From the NCBI RefSeq assembly GCF_009914755.1, contig NC_060934.1: a stretch of 64,000 nucleotides of DNA. One strand, 5' to 3'. Position numbers and translations under genes: made by a program. Each line of letters opens with the position of its first letter. Position 1 is the stretch's first letter. Source of the DNA: the human T2T-CHM13v2.0 reference genome, Homo sapiens. Below the pieces are notes generated by a model, which was not told where the DNA came from, did no database searches, and worked only from the letters and a program-made list of their open reading frames with translations. Below, one piece after another: positions 1 to 13,431 of this stretch.

Positions 1-9
1 ATTTTCTAT

Positions 10-162
10 GTTCATTTCTCCCTCCCTCCCTCCCTCCCTTCCTTTCTCCTTCCTTCCCTCACTTTCTTTGTTCCTTCTTCTCTTTTTCCTCTTTCTTCCT
101 CCCTCCCTCCCTTTTTTTCTCTCATTCTTCCTCCCTCTCTCCCTGTCTTCCTTCTTTCCTTC
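10..162. repeat. CT-rich low-complexity tract (CCCT/CCTT)
   Basis: Directly visible. Confidence 0.9.
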
Positions 163-1087
163 CAGAAAACCAGCAATATTGACCAAAAACAAATTTTCAA
201 CAAGATCAAGAAGTTGATGGTCCTGATGCTGAATGAGGGAGGGGGCTTGGCTACTTTCGAAAAAGCTTGGGGATCCAAACATTGTTCTGCACTGTCCTGG
301 TCACAATGCTTCTAGGGGGCTAGTTTCAATTCTGGGTGCCAGGTTAAAAAGTATATAGAAAAGATCACCTTCTGCAGAATACAAAAATGACAAAAACGAC
401 AAAAACGATTTCATCAATAAAAGCCACAGCAGCAGCTCCACCATGTACTGAATGCTTATCATGTGCTAGATACTGGATGGAAACATGATCTATTGTTTGA
501 TGTGAGCTTTAAAACAACTCTTTTACAGCTGAGAAATCTGAGTTTACCAACATTAAGTAATGAGGTGGATCTATTTGATCCTGTATAAATTTGCCCAGGA
601 AATGGAGGAAGGGAAGCTTTCCCAGGGAAGATCCTGCCTTATCTGCAGATGGGACGGCTTGGACTGTGGCCTTGGCTGCTGGAACTGGAGAAGCTGGCTG
701 GGAGGGCTGCATTACCACGGGAACTCTGGATGGATTTTCCTGGACAAGGGTGACAATTCAACTCTCTTTAGAATTCTAGAGGTTTATATTGAAAGGTGTT
801 GGTGATGCAACAGACTTAGCTCATGGGAGGCAGAAGCCTGAATGCTCTGGAATCAGGAAGACCGGGCTCCCAGACGGCCTCAGTGGAATCCACTTTGCAG
901 TCACCCTTGGCTGCTTTTTGCCTGACTGGAGGATTCTGTGGCTTGAGATGCCCAGCATTGTTCAGGACCGTGGCCTTTGAGGGTGACTCTGTGGATCATG
1001 GGGAAATTGGGTCCATTCTTATAGCTTGCCAGGAATGTGACAGCGGTTGACTGGGCCCCACCTGGGCAGTCCTCCAATTGTTGGTAG

Positions 1088-1450
<363 letters not shown>

Positions 1451-1565
1451 TTTAAATGGACTGCTTCTTAGCTGATGTAAGAATTATGAGTACCCCAGAG
1501 AAGTCTATCCCACCAACTAACACAGAGAAAAAATACAAGCAAAATAATCTGTATGAAATATTAGT

Positions 1566-1571
1566 TTTAAT
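1566..1571 (-). promoter_or_regulatory. PYROXD2: PYROXD2 poly(A) signal ATTAAA
   Basis: tttaat on + strand about 210 nt past the stop codon; U/GU-rich sequence downstream on the minus strand. Confidence 0.7.
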
Positions 1572-1777
1572 AAAACAGAACCAGTCCATGTATGGAGGCA
1601 TGGGCATAAGGTCAACTTGCACTAAATGTAACTCGTACGTTTTTTCTAAAATAATTTCTTGAGCATTGTGGTGGCCTTATGTACTAACCCGAAGCTGAAC
1701 TTCCTGGGAAGCTGATCCAATGGAGCACTTGGAATTCAGGGGTGGAGTCTTCTTCCTGGGTCAGAGCTGGTTCAGGG

Positions 1778-1848
1778 TCACATGCTCTTGAGGTCCCTAA
1801 AGGCCACATGTGCTGCATTTCGCCCAGCAGCTCCCATCACACCTCCTC
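1778..1848 (-). CDS. PYROXD2: PYROXD2 exon 16, coding part ([22 protein letters not shown])
   Basis: ccag|GA acceptor; TGA at 1778-1780. Confidence 0.96.
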
Positions 1849-2335
1849 CTGGAAGGGAATCTCCTATGAACCAAAGCTCCGCTCAAAAACCTGCCAGGGT
1901 GGGGGTGGGGACAGGGCTTACAGAGATCCAGCAACAAAGCAGAGTGGGGCTGGTTAGAGGGGTCCGGGGGCATGGGCACTGGAATCACCTAAGACAGCCG
2001 CTCAATAGATTCTGGCTCCCTCCAGGCTTCCTGCACCAAAGGTCTGGGGAGGGGCCAGGTCCACAGCCCACAGTCTCAACGGCTGAGGGTGGACGTGCTG
2101 GATGGGCACACGCTTAGTAAGTGAAGTTAAAATTTCAGAATAAGGGGCTGGGGGGAGGGGGAAGATGTGTAAGCCCAGACTCTTTCCAGGGTACCAAGTC
2201 TACACAGCTGAGAGAAAGTGTGCATAGCAAATAGCCTCAGCCAGCTCCGTTAGGCTTGGAATGCGCACAAGAAAGAATTGTAAAGTTGAAGAAGTTAACT
2301 TTATCCATCCTTCCTGGTCTAAAATATGGATGGAG

Positions 2336-2597
2336 GCCTCTAATCCCAGCACTTTGGGAAGCTGAGTGGAGAGGATCACTTCAGCGCGGGAGTTCGAGAC
2401 CAGCCCGGGCAACCTAACAAAACCCATCTCCACAAAAGAATAAAAAATTAGCCAGGCATGGTGGCACACACCTGTAGTCCCACCTACTCCAGAGGCCGAG
2501 GCAGGAGGATCACTTGAGCCCAGGAGGTTGAGGCTGCAGTGAGCTGTGATCATACCACTGCACCTCCAGCCTAGGCGATAGCGTGAAGCCCTGTCTA
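2336..2597 (+). mobile_element. Alu (J-type, slightly 5' truncated)
   Basis: taatcccagcactttggga...gaggatcacttgagcccagg. Confidence 0.93.
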
Positions 2598-2926
2598 AAT
2601 ATATATACGGATGGGGAATTTAGGGACATGGGTCTCTCACAACCCCACATTGGAATGTGGTGAGATGCCTCCACCAGGATGCATCCCCAGGCCTCCTGAA
2701 GGGGAGGTGTGAGCTCAACTGTGGGCTGTGGTCAGCCTGGTGGAGGCAGCGGCTGTGTGCTCACCTGTGCATGGATAATTCTGAACACAGGGCAGCTTAT
2801 GTTGGGAGTTCCCTGCTCCCCTCCCTCTCTGCCACCTTCATTGCTTAACTTCCTCCTTCTCCAAGTCTCTGGCCTCCAGTGAGCCCTCCCAGTCCCCACA
2901 GGGTAGTGGGACTCCAGGTCACTCAC

Positions 2927-3047
2927 CAGGATGAGCCCCACTTCCACAGAGATACAGGCCCTGGAGAGGGCAGCGGTAGCCAGAATGCAGGGGCACGGGG
3001 CGGGCGAAGTAGAGCTGGTCCAGGGACATGGCGCAGTGGAATATGTT
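2927..3047 (-). CDS. PYROXD2: PYROXD2 exon 15 ([17 protein letters not shown]...CGSGAHP)
   Basis: cag|AAC ... G|gtgagt; 121 nt, phase consistent. Confidence 0.96.
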
Positions 3048-3974
3048 CTGCAGAGGCAGGGCCACAGTCATCAGCACAGGAGAGTTACAGCCTTTCCTGC
3101 TCTGGCTGGGTTTCTTCCCCTCCCCTGTTCTTCAGCAAATGTTCTTCTCCTTCCAGGATATTTTCTTGGGTTTTAAAATGCAGAAAGGGAAGGAGATGAG
3201 ACGGAATGGGCACATGCCCTGGGGCTGGGAGTGAAGTTTTCCAGAGGCTTTTTGAGGAAGAAAGCAGGGTGGGGAACACGAACTGAACGGGAAGGAAAAG
3301 AGGGTTTTGCTCTCTACTCTGCATCCCTCTCCCTCTGTTGGAAAAACAGAATTGTCTGACTTATTGTGGCTGTTGGCATGCGTCTCTGCGAGAACTCCCT
3401 TCTCTGGCCAAGGCATCCACCTGAGCCCGGACCCCGGTGTCCAAGCTCCAGCAGGATCACTGTGAATGGCAGACAAGGGGCAACGGAGCCCGAGCACGGT
3501 TCTGCCCCCCTGGCTTGGGTGAGACCAGCCCCAGGCTGAGAAGGGAGGCAGCATGGGACAAGCGAAGGTCAGACTCAGGGGGCAGGTCTGGACAAGAAGC
3601 CTGACGTCTGTTGGGCATCCTCACAGGAGTGCTCCCCCACTGCCCTCTTCACCTTTCCCCAAACTGAGGCCATCCTCTTCCCTCGAGTCTGCTCCTCCCC
3701 ATCCTCCTGCATAAGTGAATGACACCACCTTCCTCCCCCTGGCCTCTGTGCCTACCCTTCACATCACCTCCACCCTGACTCCTATGTGCACACTGTCACC
3801 AAGGCTTCTCAAGTCTGCCCGCCCCATGCCTGCTGTACCCAGCCATTCCCTTCCTTCCCGCTGCCTGGCCTTCTTTCCTCTATACCTGGACCAGTGCTGT
3901 TCAGTGAACATGTAATGGGAGCTACATATGTAGTTTTTGATTTATTAGTAGCTACATTTAAAAAGTAAAAGCAG

Positions 3975-4260
3975 AGCCGGTTGTGGTGGCCCATGCCTGC
4001 AATCCCAGCACTTTGGGAGGCCAAGGTGGGAGGATCACTTGAGCCCCAGAGTTTGAGACCAGCCTAGACAACACAGGGAGACTCATCTCTACAAAAAAAA
4101 AAAAAAATTAGCCAGGTGTGGTGGTGCATGCCTGTAGGCCCAGCTACTCAGGAGGCTGAGGTGGGAGGATGGATGGCTTCAGCCCCAGAGGTCGAGGCTG
4201 CAGTGAGCCGTGATTGCACTACTGCACTCCAGCCTGGGTGATAGAACAGGACCTATCTCT
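3975..4260 (+). mobile_element. Alu (J-type) followed by (GGAA)n to about 4346
   Basis: Alu dimer sequence. Confidence 0.93.
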
Positions 4261-4516
4261 AGAAGGAAGAGAGGGAGGGAGGGAGGGAGGAAACAAGGAA
4301 GGGAGGGAGGAAGGAAGGAAGGAAGGAAGGAAGGAAGGAAGGAAGGGCAAGCTGATGAAACTAATGTCAATAATATATTTTATTTAGCCCAATATATCCA
4401 AAATATTATAATTTCAACATGTAATCAATATATAACTTATTGATGAGATATTTTACATTTTTTTCTATACTGTGTGCATTCTACACTTGCAGCACATCTC
4501 ACTTTGGCCTCAGATC

Positions 4517-4750
4517 TTTCTTTTGCTTTTTTTTTAAATTTTCTTTCTAGAGATAGGGTCTCATTCTGTTGCCCAGGCTGAAGTGTAATGACGCATCACA
4601 GCTCACTGCAGTCTCAAACTCCTGGGCTCAAGCGATCATCCTGTTTCAGCTTCCTGGGTAGCTGGAACCACAGGTACGCACCACCACACCTGGCGGGGTT
4701 TTTGTTTTTGTAGAGATGGGGTCTCACTACGTTGCCTAGGGTGGTCTCTG
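4517..4750 (-). mobile_element. Alu (J-type, partial)
   Basis: gggtctcattctgttgcccaggctg... Confidence 0.9.
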
Positions 4751-5180
4751 ATCTTTCAAGTGCTCAGTAGCTGCAATGAGGCGATTGAACCTGGCCTCCT
4801 ATCTGGTCTCCCTGTCTCCAATCTCTAGTTTTTGATAAATTGACAAGTCTGAGGATGTGCTGCTGCCTTGAGAAGGGGGTGCTCTCTCTCAAGAAAGTCA
4901 GATGGCAGAGCCAGCATAGTTGTCAAGGCAGAGGGCCACAATCCTGGTGACCTTCTCAGTGGGGGCTGTCCTGCCTGTGTTTCTGAGCCCCCACTAGGGA
5001 TCCCCCATTCCCTCGGTTTGACCGCTTCTCTGCCCTCTCTCAGCCGGGGTCCCTGCCACTGTCCTCCCTTCCTGATGAAAGCTGAGTATGGAGGGACAAG
5101 ATAAAGCAGAGAGGTCATAGCCAGGAAGTGAGGGTGCAGAGGGAAGGCTATGGTGAGAGACCCCCTAGGCTTATACATAC

Positions 5181-5287
5181 CCCTCCAGGAAGCCCGAAGA
5201 TTCTCTCCAAATCTGGTGGTGTGAGGATGTCTCTGCCAACCACAGAGTCCTTGAAGCCAGGGGCATAGACCTCGATGCAATCAAACA
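5181..5287 (-). CDS. PYROXD2: PYROXD2 exon 14 ([11 protein letters not shown]...FGLPGG)
   Basis: cag|TG ... GGG|gtatgt; 107 nt. Confidence 0.96.
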
Positions 5288-5604
5288 CTGGGGTGCCAAA
5301 AACAGAGAAATGAGATGGTGTTAGGAAGAAGAGGAGGCACTATGGGTGTACAACTTGGCAAATTTACTAACAGTCATTAAATTACACACAGAAATGGGCT
5401 TATTTTATCATATGCAAATTATACCTCAATAGGTGAAAAACAAAAATCAGTCCACAAGCAAATGATTAATTCATCCCAAAGATGCATGGGTAGGCCAGTC
5501 CAGTCCCCAGTTTTCCCCACTTCCCTACCCCAACCTTAAACACGAAGCTGCTGATCTCCTTTTGCATATGCAGCTTTTTTCACCTCTTCACTTTTCTCAA
5601 GCTG

Positions 5605-5966
<362 letters not shown>

Positions 5967-6334
5967 TAGTCATCCTTGGAAACCCAGCTTGACCATCCCT
6001 TCCTTTGAAAGCCTTCCTTGTCTCTCTGGCTCATGCGTCTCCTTTGGTTCGTGCAGTCAGCTGTGCTGTAATAAAAGGTTTCTTAATTAGTCTCCTCCAT
6101 CCCTTGCTAGACTGTGAGCAACTGGAGGGCAGGAACTGTGTCTTCTTGACTTTCTTAGCCCAGTTCCTGACCCCTGCAGTCAACTATGTTGACTTGAGGT
6201 TCCCTTGACTATTTCCTCCCTTTGGAATGGCACCTGCAGTTGTCAATCCTGAATGGGGCAGTGAGGAGGAGCAGGCCCAGTTGGGTCGCATGCCCGGCTG
6301 TGGCTCTGGAGGCAGAACGTGCAGCTGTCTTTAC

Positions 6335-6489
6335 CTCTGTCTGCATAAGCGTCTCTCTCCTGCTCGTCCCAGGCCTTGCCTCCAGCCAGCGTATAGGGCA
6401 TGTACTGAGTGAAGAGGGAGACTACATGGCAGCCAGGGGGAGCCAGGGTGGGGTCCAGCGAGGAAGGGATGCAGAGCTCAATCACAGGC
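6335..6489 (-). CDS. PYROXD2: PYROXD2 exon 13 ([17 protein letters not shown]...AYADR)
   Basis: cag|G ... G|gtaaag; 155 nt; inside ORF 6243-6620. Confidence 0.96.
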
Positions 6490-8578
6490 CTGTGCGGGCA
6501 GGGAGGAGACGGCAGGTCTAAAGAGCAGCAGTGCGGAGGGTAGGGCATCCGAGATGACTTGGGACACAGTGGAGGCCCTGAGATGACACCAATTCTGGGC
6601 GATTGTCGCTCTACAGCCACAGTGGTTGTCCACCTGCACGGGCTTAGCGGCTGCTAGCGTGGTCCAGAGCACCTGTGAGGAGCTCGCCTGACCCCAGACC
6701 CCCGAATGCATGGCCTGTCCTTGCCTGCCTTCATCACACGCTGTGCTCTAACCACAGCTCCCAAACGCAAATGTCTCGAAGGTCCACACAGACAGTGGGA
6801 GTGTGGAAAGGGGCCAGGCCTAAGACAGCAGGCGCCCAAGCAGCCAGATTTCAGCCAGGCTTTAGTGGCCTGACTGTCTTTTCCAGAGCAGACCAATGGA
6901 AGACAGAGCTGCTAGGGCTGCCCCGAGCCCCAGCAGAGCTGTGACCTGCTTCCCACCCCACCACCTTTGCCTGCCACACCTTTTCTACCTGGAGCATGTT
7001 CTCCCTCTGATCTCCAAATATGAGTCTCCTTCAAGGCCACGGGAAATGCCCCTTCTCCCTGCGTCCCTCAGCTGCAATGTTCTCGCTGAACTCGGATGTC
7101 CACCAGGGATCTCAAACATCCCCTGTTCAAACCCCAATGCCTGATTAGCCTCTAAAATCTGCTCCACCCCCACCGCCTCTTCCTCTTTTCAGTAAATGGA
7201 GGCATCATTTCACAGTCGCTCCTTTTTTTGACCCACATCCCACTCCCTATCCAACAGAAAGTCCTGTTGGCTTCACCTTCAAAACATACCCAGTCTTCCA
7301 ACACTTCTCATCACTTCCCCTGCCCCCACCCTTGTCCAAGCCACTGTCCTCTCTCCCTTGGATTCTGCAACAGTAACCCATTGCAACAGATGCCTTAACT
7401 TTTTCTGCATACAGTGTCCAGGTTGGTCTTTTTAAAGCATAAGGCAGGCTCTGCACAAACTTTCCTGGAGTAAGAGCCAGGGCACTTGACAAGACCCAGC
7501 ACCATCCGAGACCCTTCATTCCCAGGTGCTCTCTCTCCAGCCACTCTGGCCTCGTCCCTGTGCCTCCTATACAGCAGCACACTCCTGCCCCAGGGCCTTT
7601 GCACCTGACCTTCCCTCTGTCTGGACGTTTTTTCCCCAGATACCCATAAGATCTGTATTCTCACTTCCTTCCGGTCTCCGCTCAAGTGCCACGTTATTAG
7701 AGAAGCCTTTCCTCCCCTTCCCTGCCTATTTTTCTCCACAGTGCTCATCATCAGTGCTTACTTGTTGATTGTCTTCCTCTCATGGATAGAGAGTCAACGA
7801 CCTGAGACTTTCTTGGCTTTGCTTGCTGATCTGTGCCCACTCACTGAACCAAGCCTGGCACAGAATAGAGACCCCAGAATATTTATAAATGGATGAATGA
7901 ACTTTGCCCTATACCCTTCTTTCCAGGCGCACATCTTCTTTACCACATGCTATAAATATTTGTGTACCTGTCCTATCATAAGCTTTGTGTCAGTTTCATG
8001 CCCCTGCCCCGCTAATTCTCCCAGCCCATACCCAGTACAGAGTCCAGCACTGAGTAGGTTTTCAACAGTGTGTGCTGGACAGCGGACAGGATGGAAAGGC
8101 ACTTGCTCCTATAGCGCCCCTGCCTGTTCCAGAAGAATGGAAATACAGCTGCAGTGGGAGGTGGGAAATGCTTTTAGAAGTTTTGCAAGAAGGCAGATTA
8201 TCAGAAAAAGAAAGGCTACGGAGCAGGGGACTCGGTGAGTGCGTGCTCTCTGACGGGCTCTGAATGAGAGAACTTCCTTTGCTCTCCCAGAACACATTTT
8301 CTCCTCTTCTTCCCCAGCCCCAGCACTTTCCTGGGCAGTGCTCTGCCCCTCTGCCCCTTCTGCTAACCTGAGCCGCTCTTCACCCCTTACCTGCCCTCAT
8401 CCTCAGATTTTTCACCTGGGATGCACTTCCTGTCCTTAGGAGTATGGATTTTGGCAGATCCTAAGTCACTGTGAAGGTTGAACACCAGGCCTGATCCCTG
8501 CTGTGGGTGGCATGGACAGCCCCGCCTCCCAGGCCCATGTGGAAGAACATCAGGGAACATAAAGTCCAGGGCCCCTAC

Positions 8579-8735
8579 CTGTGGGAAGGCAGGCCATCCA
8601 TGGCATCTTCAAAGGCCTGATGAAGGAGGAGGGTGTCTTCACAGTTCAGGTGGATGGAGCATTGGTGATGGGGCAGCGGCTGGCCCCTGGGAGCATTGGG
8701 GGCCGCCAGGAAGCTGGGCAGCCTGTCTACGGCCA
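8579..8735 (-). CDS. PYROXD2: PYROXD2 exon 12 ([12 protein letters not shown]...DGLPSH)
   Basis: cag|TG ... AG|gtaggg; 157 nt. Confidence 0.95.
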
Positions 8736-8990
8736 CTGAGGGACCAAAGAGGAGGGTCAGGTCTTAGCCCCACAAGGTCCTCCCTCTACAGCCAGCACCC
8801 TGCTACCCTCAGTGGCGGACGGGAGTAGGAAAGTATGAGCAAGTGTTTCACCTTCTGACCAGGCTGCAGGGGGACACAGGCTGGAGGTCCGGGAATGGAG
8901 ATGATGACTGAGTTCAGCTGCCCCCAGCCTGGAGGTTTCTCACTCAGATGGGTCAAAGGAGACAGTGCTGCAATGTGGTGTGCCTCTTAC

Positions 8991-9063
8991 CATTGATCTT
9001 GGTGACAGGCGACCGGGTGTCCAGCTGAGAGATTCTCTCCAGGAACTCCTCAGGAAGCCACTC
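8991..9063 (-). CDS. PYROXD2: PYROXD2 exon 11 ([24 protein letters not shown])
   Basis: cag|GAG ... G|gtaaga; 73 nt. Confidence 0.96.
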
Positions 9064-9544
9064 CTGGAAGGAGAAGGCTCCATGAAAGGCCTCAGATGTC
9101 CAAGGCCCCAAGGAAGCTGCCTTCTTTCTTTGCTCAGGAAGATCCCTCAGTCGCTCCCTCCGGAAATCCTCTTCATCCTTCAAAGCTCAGCCAAAACCAC
9201 CTCCCCTGTGAAGCCTTCCTAGATCCCCTCCCACTCAGCTCTAACCACTTCCTCCTCCGCGCTTGGCCAGCAGTTCTGACTGTGAAATAGTCCGCACCTC
9301 TCCCTGCTTGCAAAGGGGTCAGTGGTTTGCAGGCCTCTTTTCACTACTGGTCTGTAAGCTCTTGGAAGCCTCGACGATCTCAGAATTGCCTTAACAAGTT
9401 TCTTTTTACTGATGTTTGTTGAATTTTAGTAATGGAATCACTCAGAAAAAGTAGTGCTTTGCCCCTAAGAATTGCCCCCAAGAATGGCTAGGAGCTTCAT
9501 GTGCGTATACATGTTATCATATCTTTTGAGCACAGGGTAAGTCA

Positions 9545-10075
9545 ATTGCAAAAACTGCCCCCAAAGCTCACCCCTCCCTGTTTGCACACCCACTTCCGTG
9601 TAACCTTGCAGTGCTCTCACACTCTGACTCTAGGCTTGGCCATGAGACTTGGTCTGGCCAATGCTAGCAAACAGGATGCAAAGAGATCAAACCATGTGAT
9701 GCTTGCATGCATGCTTGAGCTTGCCTGCTTTTGCCCTTTGCCAGACCTTGAGAACATGCCTGGACTACCGTGCTGGAGGAGGACAGACACATGGAGCATA
9801 GCCGAGTCCCCCACCCGGTCATCCCAGCAGAAACGGTCCTGGACCAGCCACCACCAGCCAGCTCCCAGGCACATGAAGGAGTCCCGCCAAGATCAGCAGC
9901 CGGCAAGCTGACCCACAGCCAACTGCAGACGCATGAGCAAGCCTTAAGCAGCTGAAATCCACCAAGATCAACTGAAGTCTCCAGTTCTGGGTGCCAGTAT
10001 TTCTTGTTGTATGCCCAGAAGTATTGTGGCTCTTTGTTAATTGATTAATTAATAATCATGGATAATATAACAGAT
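9545..10075 (+). mobile_element. MLT1-type MaLR solo LTR (approximate)
   Basis: ggcttggccatgagacttggtctggccaatg and cagacgcatgagcaagcc motifs. Confidence 0.55.
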
Positions 10076-10412
10076 CATTGACAAAGACAATGGAATTAGA
10101 GCGGTGAGAGGGGAGAAATCAGGAAAGTAGGAAAGTTGTGGAAATAACTCTAGATTGAAAGTCAGACCTGGGTTCTAGCTCTGGCTCTGCCAATGGCCGG
10201 AATCTTGGTCACTTCACCTCTCTGGCCCCTTCTCCCCACCTGTGAGGCTTCTTCCCCGTTTGCTACCTGCCCTTACCCCCCTGTTTCCCAAATGCAGAGA
10301 CTTGGCTTTTGCATCTCACACCCTGATGCAATCCTGGCTCCCTCAATCCCCACGATTTCTAACCCCTGTTTTGGCAGACATCTAAGCTCCACCCTCCTGC
10401 CCACAGCCTCAC

Positions 10413-10547
10413 CTGTGGCGTCAGCTTCAGGAAGGTGATCTGCGGTGATGTGTTGGACAGCACCATTTTGCTTCTCACCTCTGTGCCATCTTCCAGCACA
10501 ACTCCTTGAACACAGCCTTCACTGTTCACCTGCACCTTCGCCACTGT
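10413..10547 (-). CDS. PYROXD2: PYROXD2 exon 10 ([11 protein letters not shown]...FLKLTPQ)
   Basis: tag|ACA ... CAG|gtgagg; 135 nt. Confidence 0.96.
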
Positions 10548-10922
10548 CTAGAGCCCACCAGAACAAGGCCCCAGAAACCGCAGGAAGGGAAATCCATGTT
10601 AGATCTTCCGGGATTTCCATGGTCTGTGCTGCTCCTAGGCATTCACAACTTCTTCATCCCAAACCCATCCCACCAAGTTCTGCAGCTTCTCCATGAAGCC
10701 TCAGCTTCTCCATGAAACACTCAGTCTCAGTTCAGTGACCAGGGAATTCCAAGGGGGTGGTTAGCCACTAACAGACTGCATGACCTTAATCTCTTGATTC
10801 TGCAACCCATCCCCTCATGGCCCCTCTGTTCATTGGTAAAACAAGGGACCTTCCAAATCTGAGACTTTGTTCTGTCCTGGGATCCTTACTAATAATTGGG
10901 GTGGGGTAGAGGGGCCGTTCAC

Positions 10923-11064
10923 CTTTTCAGTGAAGATGCTTGCTCCATGTGTGGTGGCTGAGCTTGCGATCGCATCAGAGAGGGCACCCATGCCCCCCTG
11001 GACGTAGCCCCAGGCCCCCTGCATTCCCTCCAGGCCCCCCATCACATGGTGCAGCAGCACATAC
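10923..11064 (-). CDS. PYROXD2: PYROXD2 exon 9 ([10 protein letters not shown]...[10 protein letters not shown]...IFTEK)
   Basis: cag|G ... AAG|gtgaac; 142 nt. Confidence 0.96.
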
Positions 11065-12523
11065 CTGTGGACAGACCATCCGACTCAGATCCTGGAGGTG
11101 GGATCTCATCTCCCCAGAGTTCCAGGTGCAACTATTCCTTTCCATCTTGATCTTCAGCCCTTCCCTGCCACCATCCAGCCCTCTCCCAGCAGCCTTCAAT
11201 GAGCTCAAGTTCTTGTAAGAGCCCTTTGCCTTCTCTACACCCTCTCCCTAACAAGTGTGTCTATGTGCATAGCTTATTACCACAAAGAAGGCAACGATGC
11301 CCAAACCTGCAGCTCCAGCCCTCTCCTGAGCTCCAGCTCCGGTGTCCAGCTACCCACAGATATCTCCCTTTGGACCCTTTCTTGGCAGCATCTTAAACCC
11401 ACCACCTTTTCCCCATTCTCCAGCTGCTTCCCCTTCAATCTTTCCCATCCCAGTGAACGGCACCTTTCAACAGGAGGTTCTGTTTCCGACAGAAATCCAG
11501 GTGTCAGCCTTGACCGCTACCATCCTTCCCCATCTACATCCACAAAGCAACACCAACTCAGCCTCCAAAGGGCTTTCAAGGTCATCCCACCTCTCAGCCT
11601 CTCTTCTCTTCCTTATGCTGCTGCAGTAGTGCCCCTCATTGGACCCCCTCTCCCACACTTTCTCTCCTGCAGGTCTTGTCCACATATATCCTGGAGCCCT
11701 ATCTTAAAGCCCAGCTCTGCTCCTGCCACTCACTTATCACCATTCCAAGCCTCCCCGGCTTGGCACTGCTCTTAGGATAATGGCCAGTCTTCTAGCAGGC
11801 ACTCCAGCCTCATCCCTCATCCTGTCCCCCTATCCATATCCCATCCTCCTAACTAACAGAACCTCTCGATTTCCTGGGTGGATCACACGTTCTCTCAACC
11901 CCAGCATTTCCCCTGCTGTTCTGTCGGCCTGAAGCCCCTCCCTCCCTCATCTTATGTTTTGTTAACTCCTCTTTGTCCTTTGGGTCTCAGATCAAACACC
12001 TCTTCCATGTAGAGGCTTCTCTGACCCTAGACCAGGCTGTGTCCCGGCTGCTCCTCCTAGCATCACACTCACGCCACTTCATCATCATCACTCGCTCTGT
12101 GTCTCTCACCCATCAGGACATCTGCTCCGCTCACTACCGTATCCCCAGCACCTAGCACAGGCAAGCGCTCATCCATATTTGTTGGAAGAATTAATGATGG
12201 AACAGATTACTTAAAGATCACAAACGGAGCACTGGTTAAGCCTCCCAGGGATCCGAAGAGAAAAGGGCAGGAGGCCCCAGCTGGAAGATCCAGATTGGCT
12301 GGTAGATCACAGCTTGGCCAATGTGTGGCAACTGCTGCCAAGCCCCCATCTCCATCGCCCTGGGGGAATTTGGGGCCGGCTTAATATGTGTTGAAAAACC
12401 ACTTCCGAGGGTGTGCTCATCCCTTGAGAGAAAAGCCACGTCGACGCCTTCTAGCTTCTAGCTTCTAGCTGTATCTTCTGGTGCACTGGAAACGGCCCAA
12501 CCCTTGGCTGCATTCTCCATCCC

Positions 12524-12559
<36 letters not shown>
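12524..12559. repeat. (CA)n microsatellite
   Basis: Directly visible. Confidence 0.95.
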
Positions 12560-12560
<1 letters not shown>

Positions 12561-13174
12561 CCTTCCATTCCTGCTTCTGCGGGGGCTCATTAAGTCAGAC
12601 CACACTGCAGGCTTTGCTGTGTCTGACTGCCACCTCTCGGATTGGGCTGTCAGCACAAACCCTCACTCATAAAGAAAAAGGCAGCTTCCTGTCCATCCTG
12701 AGGTGTCTGTGTGAGTGTGTACCAGAGCCCAGGGGAAGGAACAGTGAGAGAGAAGGGAGAATGGGCGTTTGCGGGAGTGGAGAGGTAGAAGAGGGAAGGG
12801 AAGAGGAGAGAAAAGAAGATATTAATTTTGAGCTATCAAGCGGGAGGTGGGAGAGAGGCTTTTCTTAGTGAAGCAGTAGGGCACAGTCACTAAAAAGGAA
12901 GATTTTGGGGAGTCAGACACCTCAAGCTGGAAATCAGCCTTGCCACTTACCAGCTGAGTGGCTTTGGGCAAGACACTCCCTTCTCTGAACCGCAGTTCTC
13001 AGATGTTGCTCTGAGGGTTAAGTGGATCGTGTGTGATGTGCCTGGCTCGGTTCCTGGCTCACTGGGTGAGCTCTGTTAAGTGGCAGCTGTTGTTGCTGCC
13101 ACTGCCACTGTTGTCCTCACTCCTGTTGGGGAACATGCCCCACTCCTGTGTCCCACCTCACCCCCCTCACTCAC

Positions 13175-13272
13175 CCACTCCCCGGAGTGTGGGGACTTGT
13201 CATGGCTCCAATCACTGCATCTGTGGCTAGAGTGGCTTTTAAAGGCTCAGACTCGAACCACTGATCCAGCAC
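13175..13272 (-). CDS. PYROXD2: PYROXD2 exon 8 ([22 protein letters not shown]...PGSG)
   Basis: cag|GTG ... GG|gtgagt; 98 nt. Confidence 0.96.
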
Positions 13273-13286
13273 CTGGACAGCACAAC
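13197..13286 (-). ncRNA. MIR1287: microRNA precursor hsa-mir-1287 (5p arm UGCUGGAUCAGUGGUUCGAGUC at 13250-13271)
   Basis: Sequence recognised from memory; hairpin visible (GUGGUUCGAGU pairs with ACUCUAGCCAC, CUGGAUC with GAUGCAG). Confidence 0.88.
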
Positions 13287-13369
13287 AGCAGAGAGAAGGG
13301 CTTAGGAGCCTGGATGGGAGGAGGGCCCTCTCACTGCCTGGTCGGGCCTGAGGCTGGGGAACCACTCAC

Positions 13370-13431
13370 CTTGGTAATGGGAGCTGTGAGGACCTCATAA
13401 TATCGGGGAAGCTGGGCTCCCAGGATGCGGC
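13370..13431 (-). CDS. PYROXD2: PYROXD2 exon 7 (RILGAQLPRYYEVLTAPITK)
   Basis: tag|GC ... AAG|gtgagt; 62 nt. Confidence 0.96.

Larger units (their letters stand above)
3892..4775 (+). mobile_element. MER33-like hAT-Charlie element interrupted by two Alus and a (GGAA)n tract
   Basis: Segments such as tagctacatttaaaaagtaaaa and aatatatccaaaatattat resemble the intact copy at 49730-50036. Confidence 0.65.
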
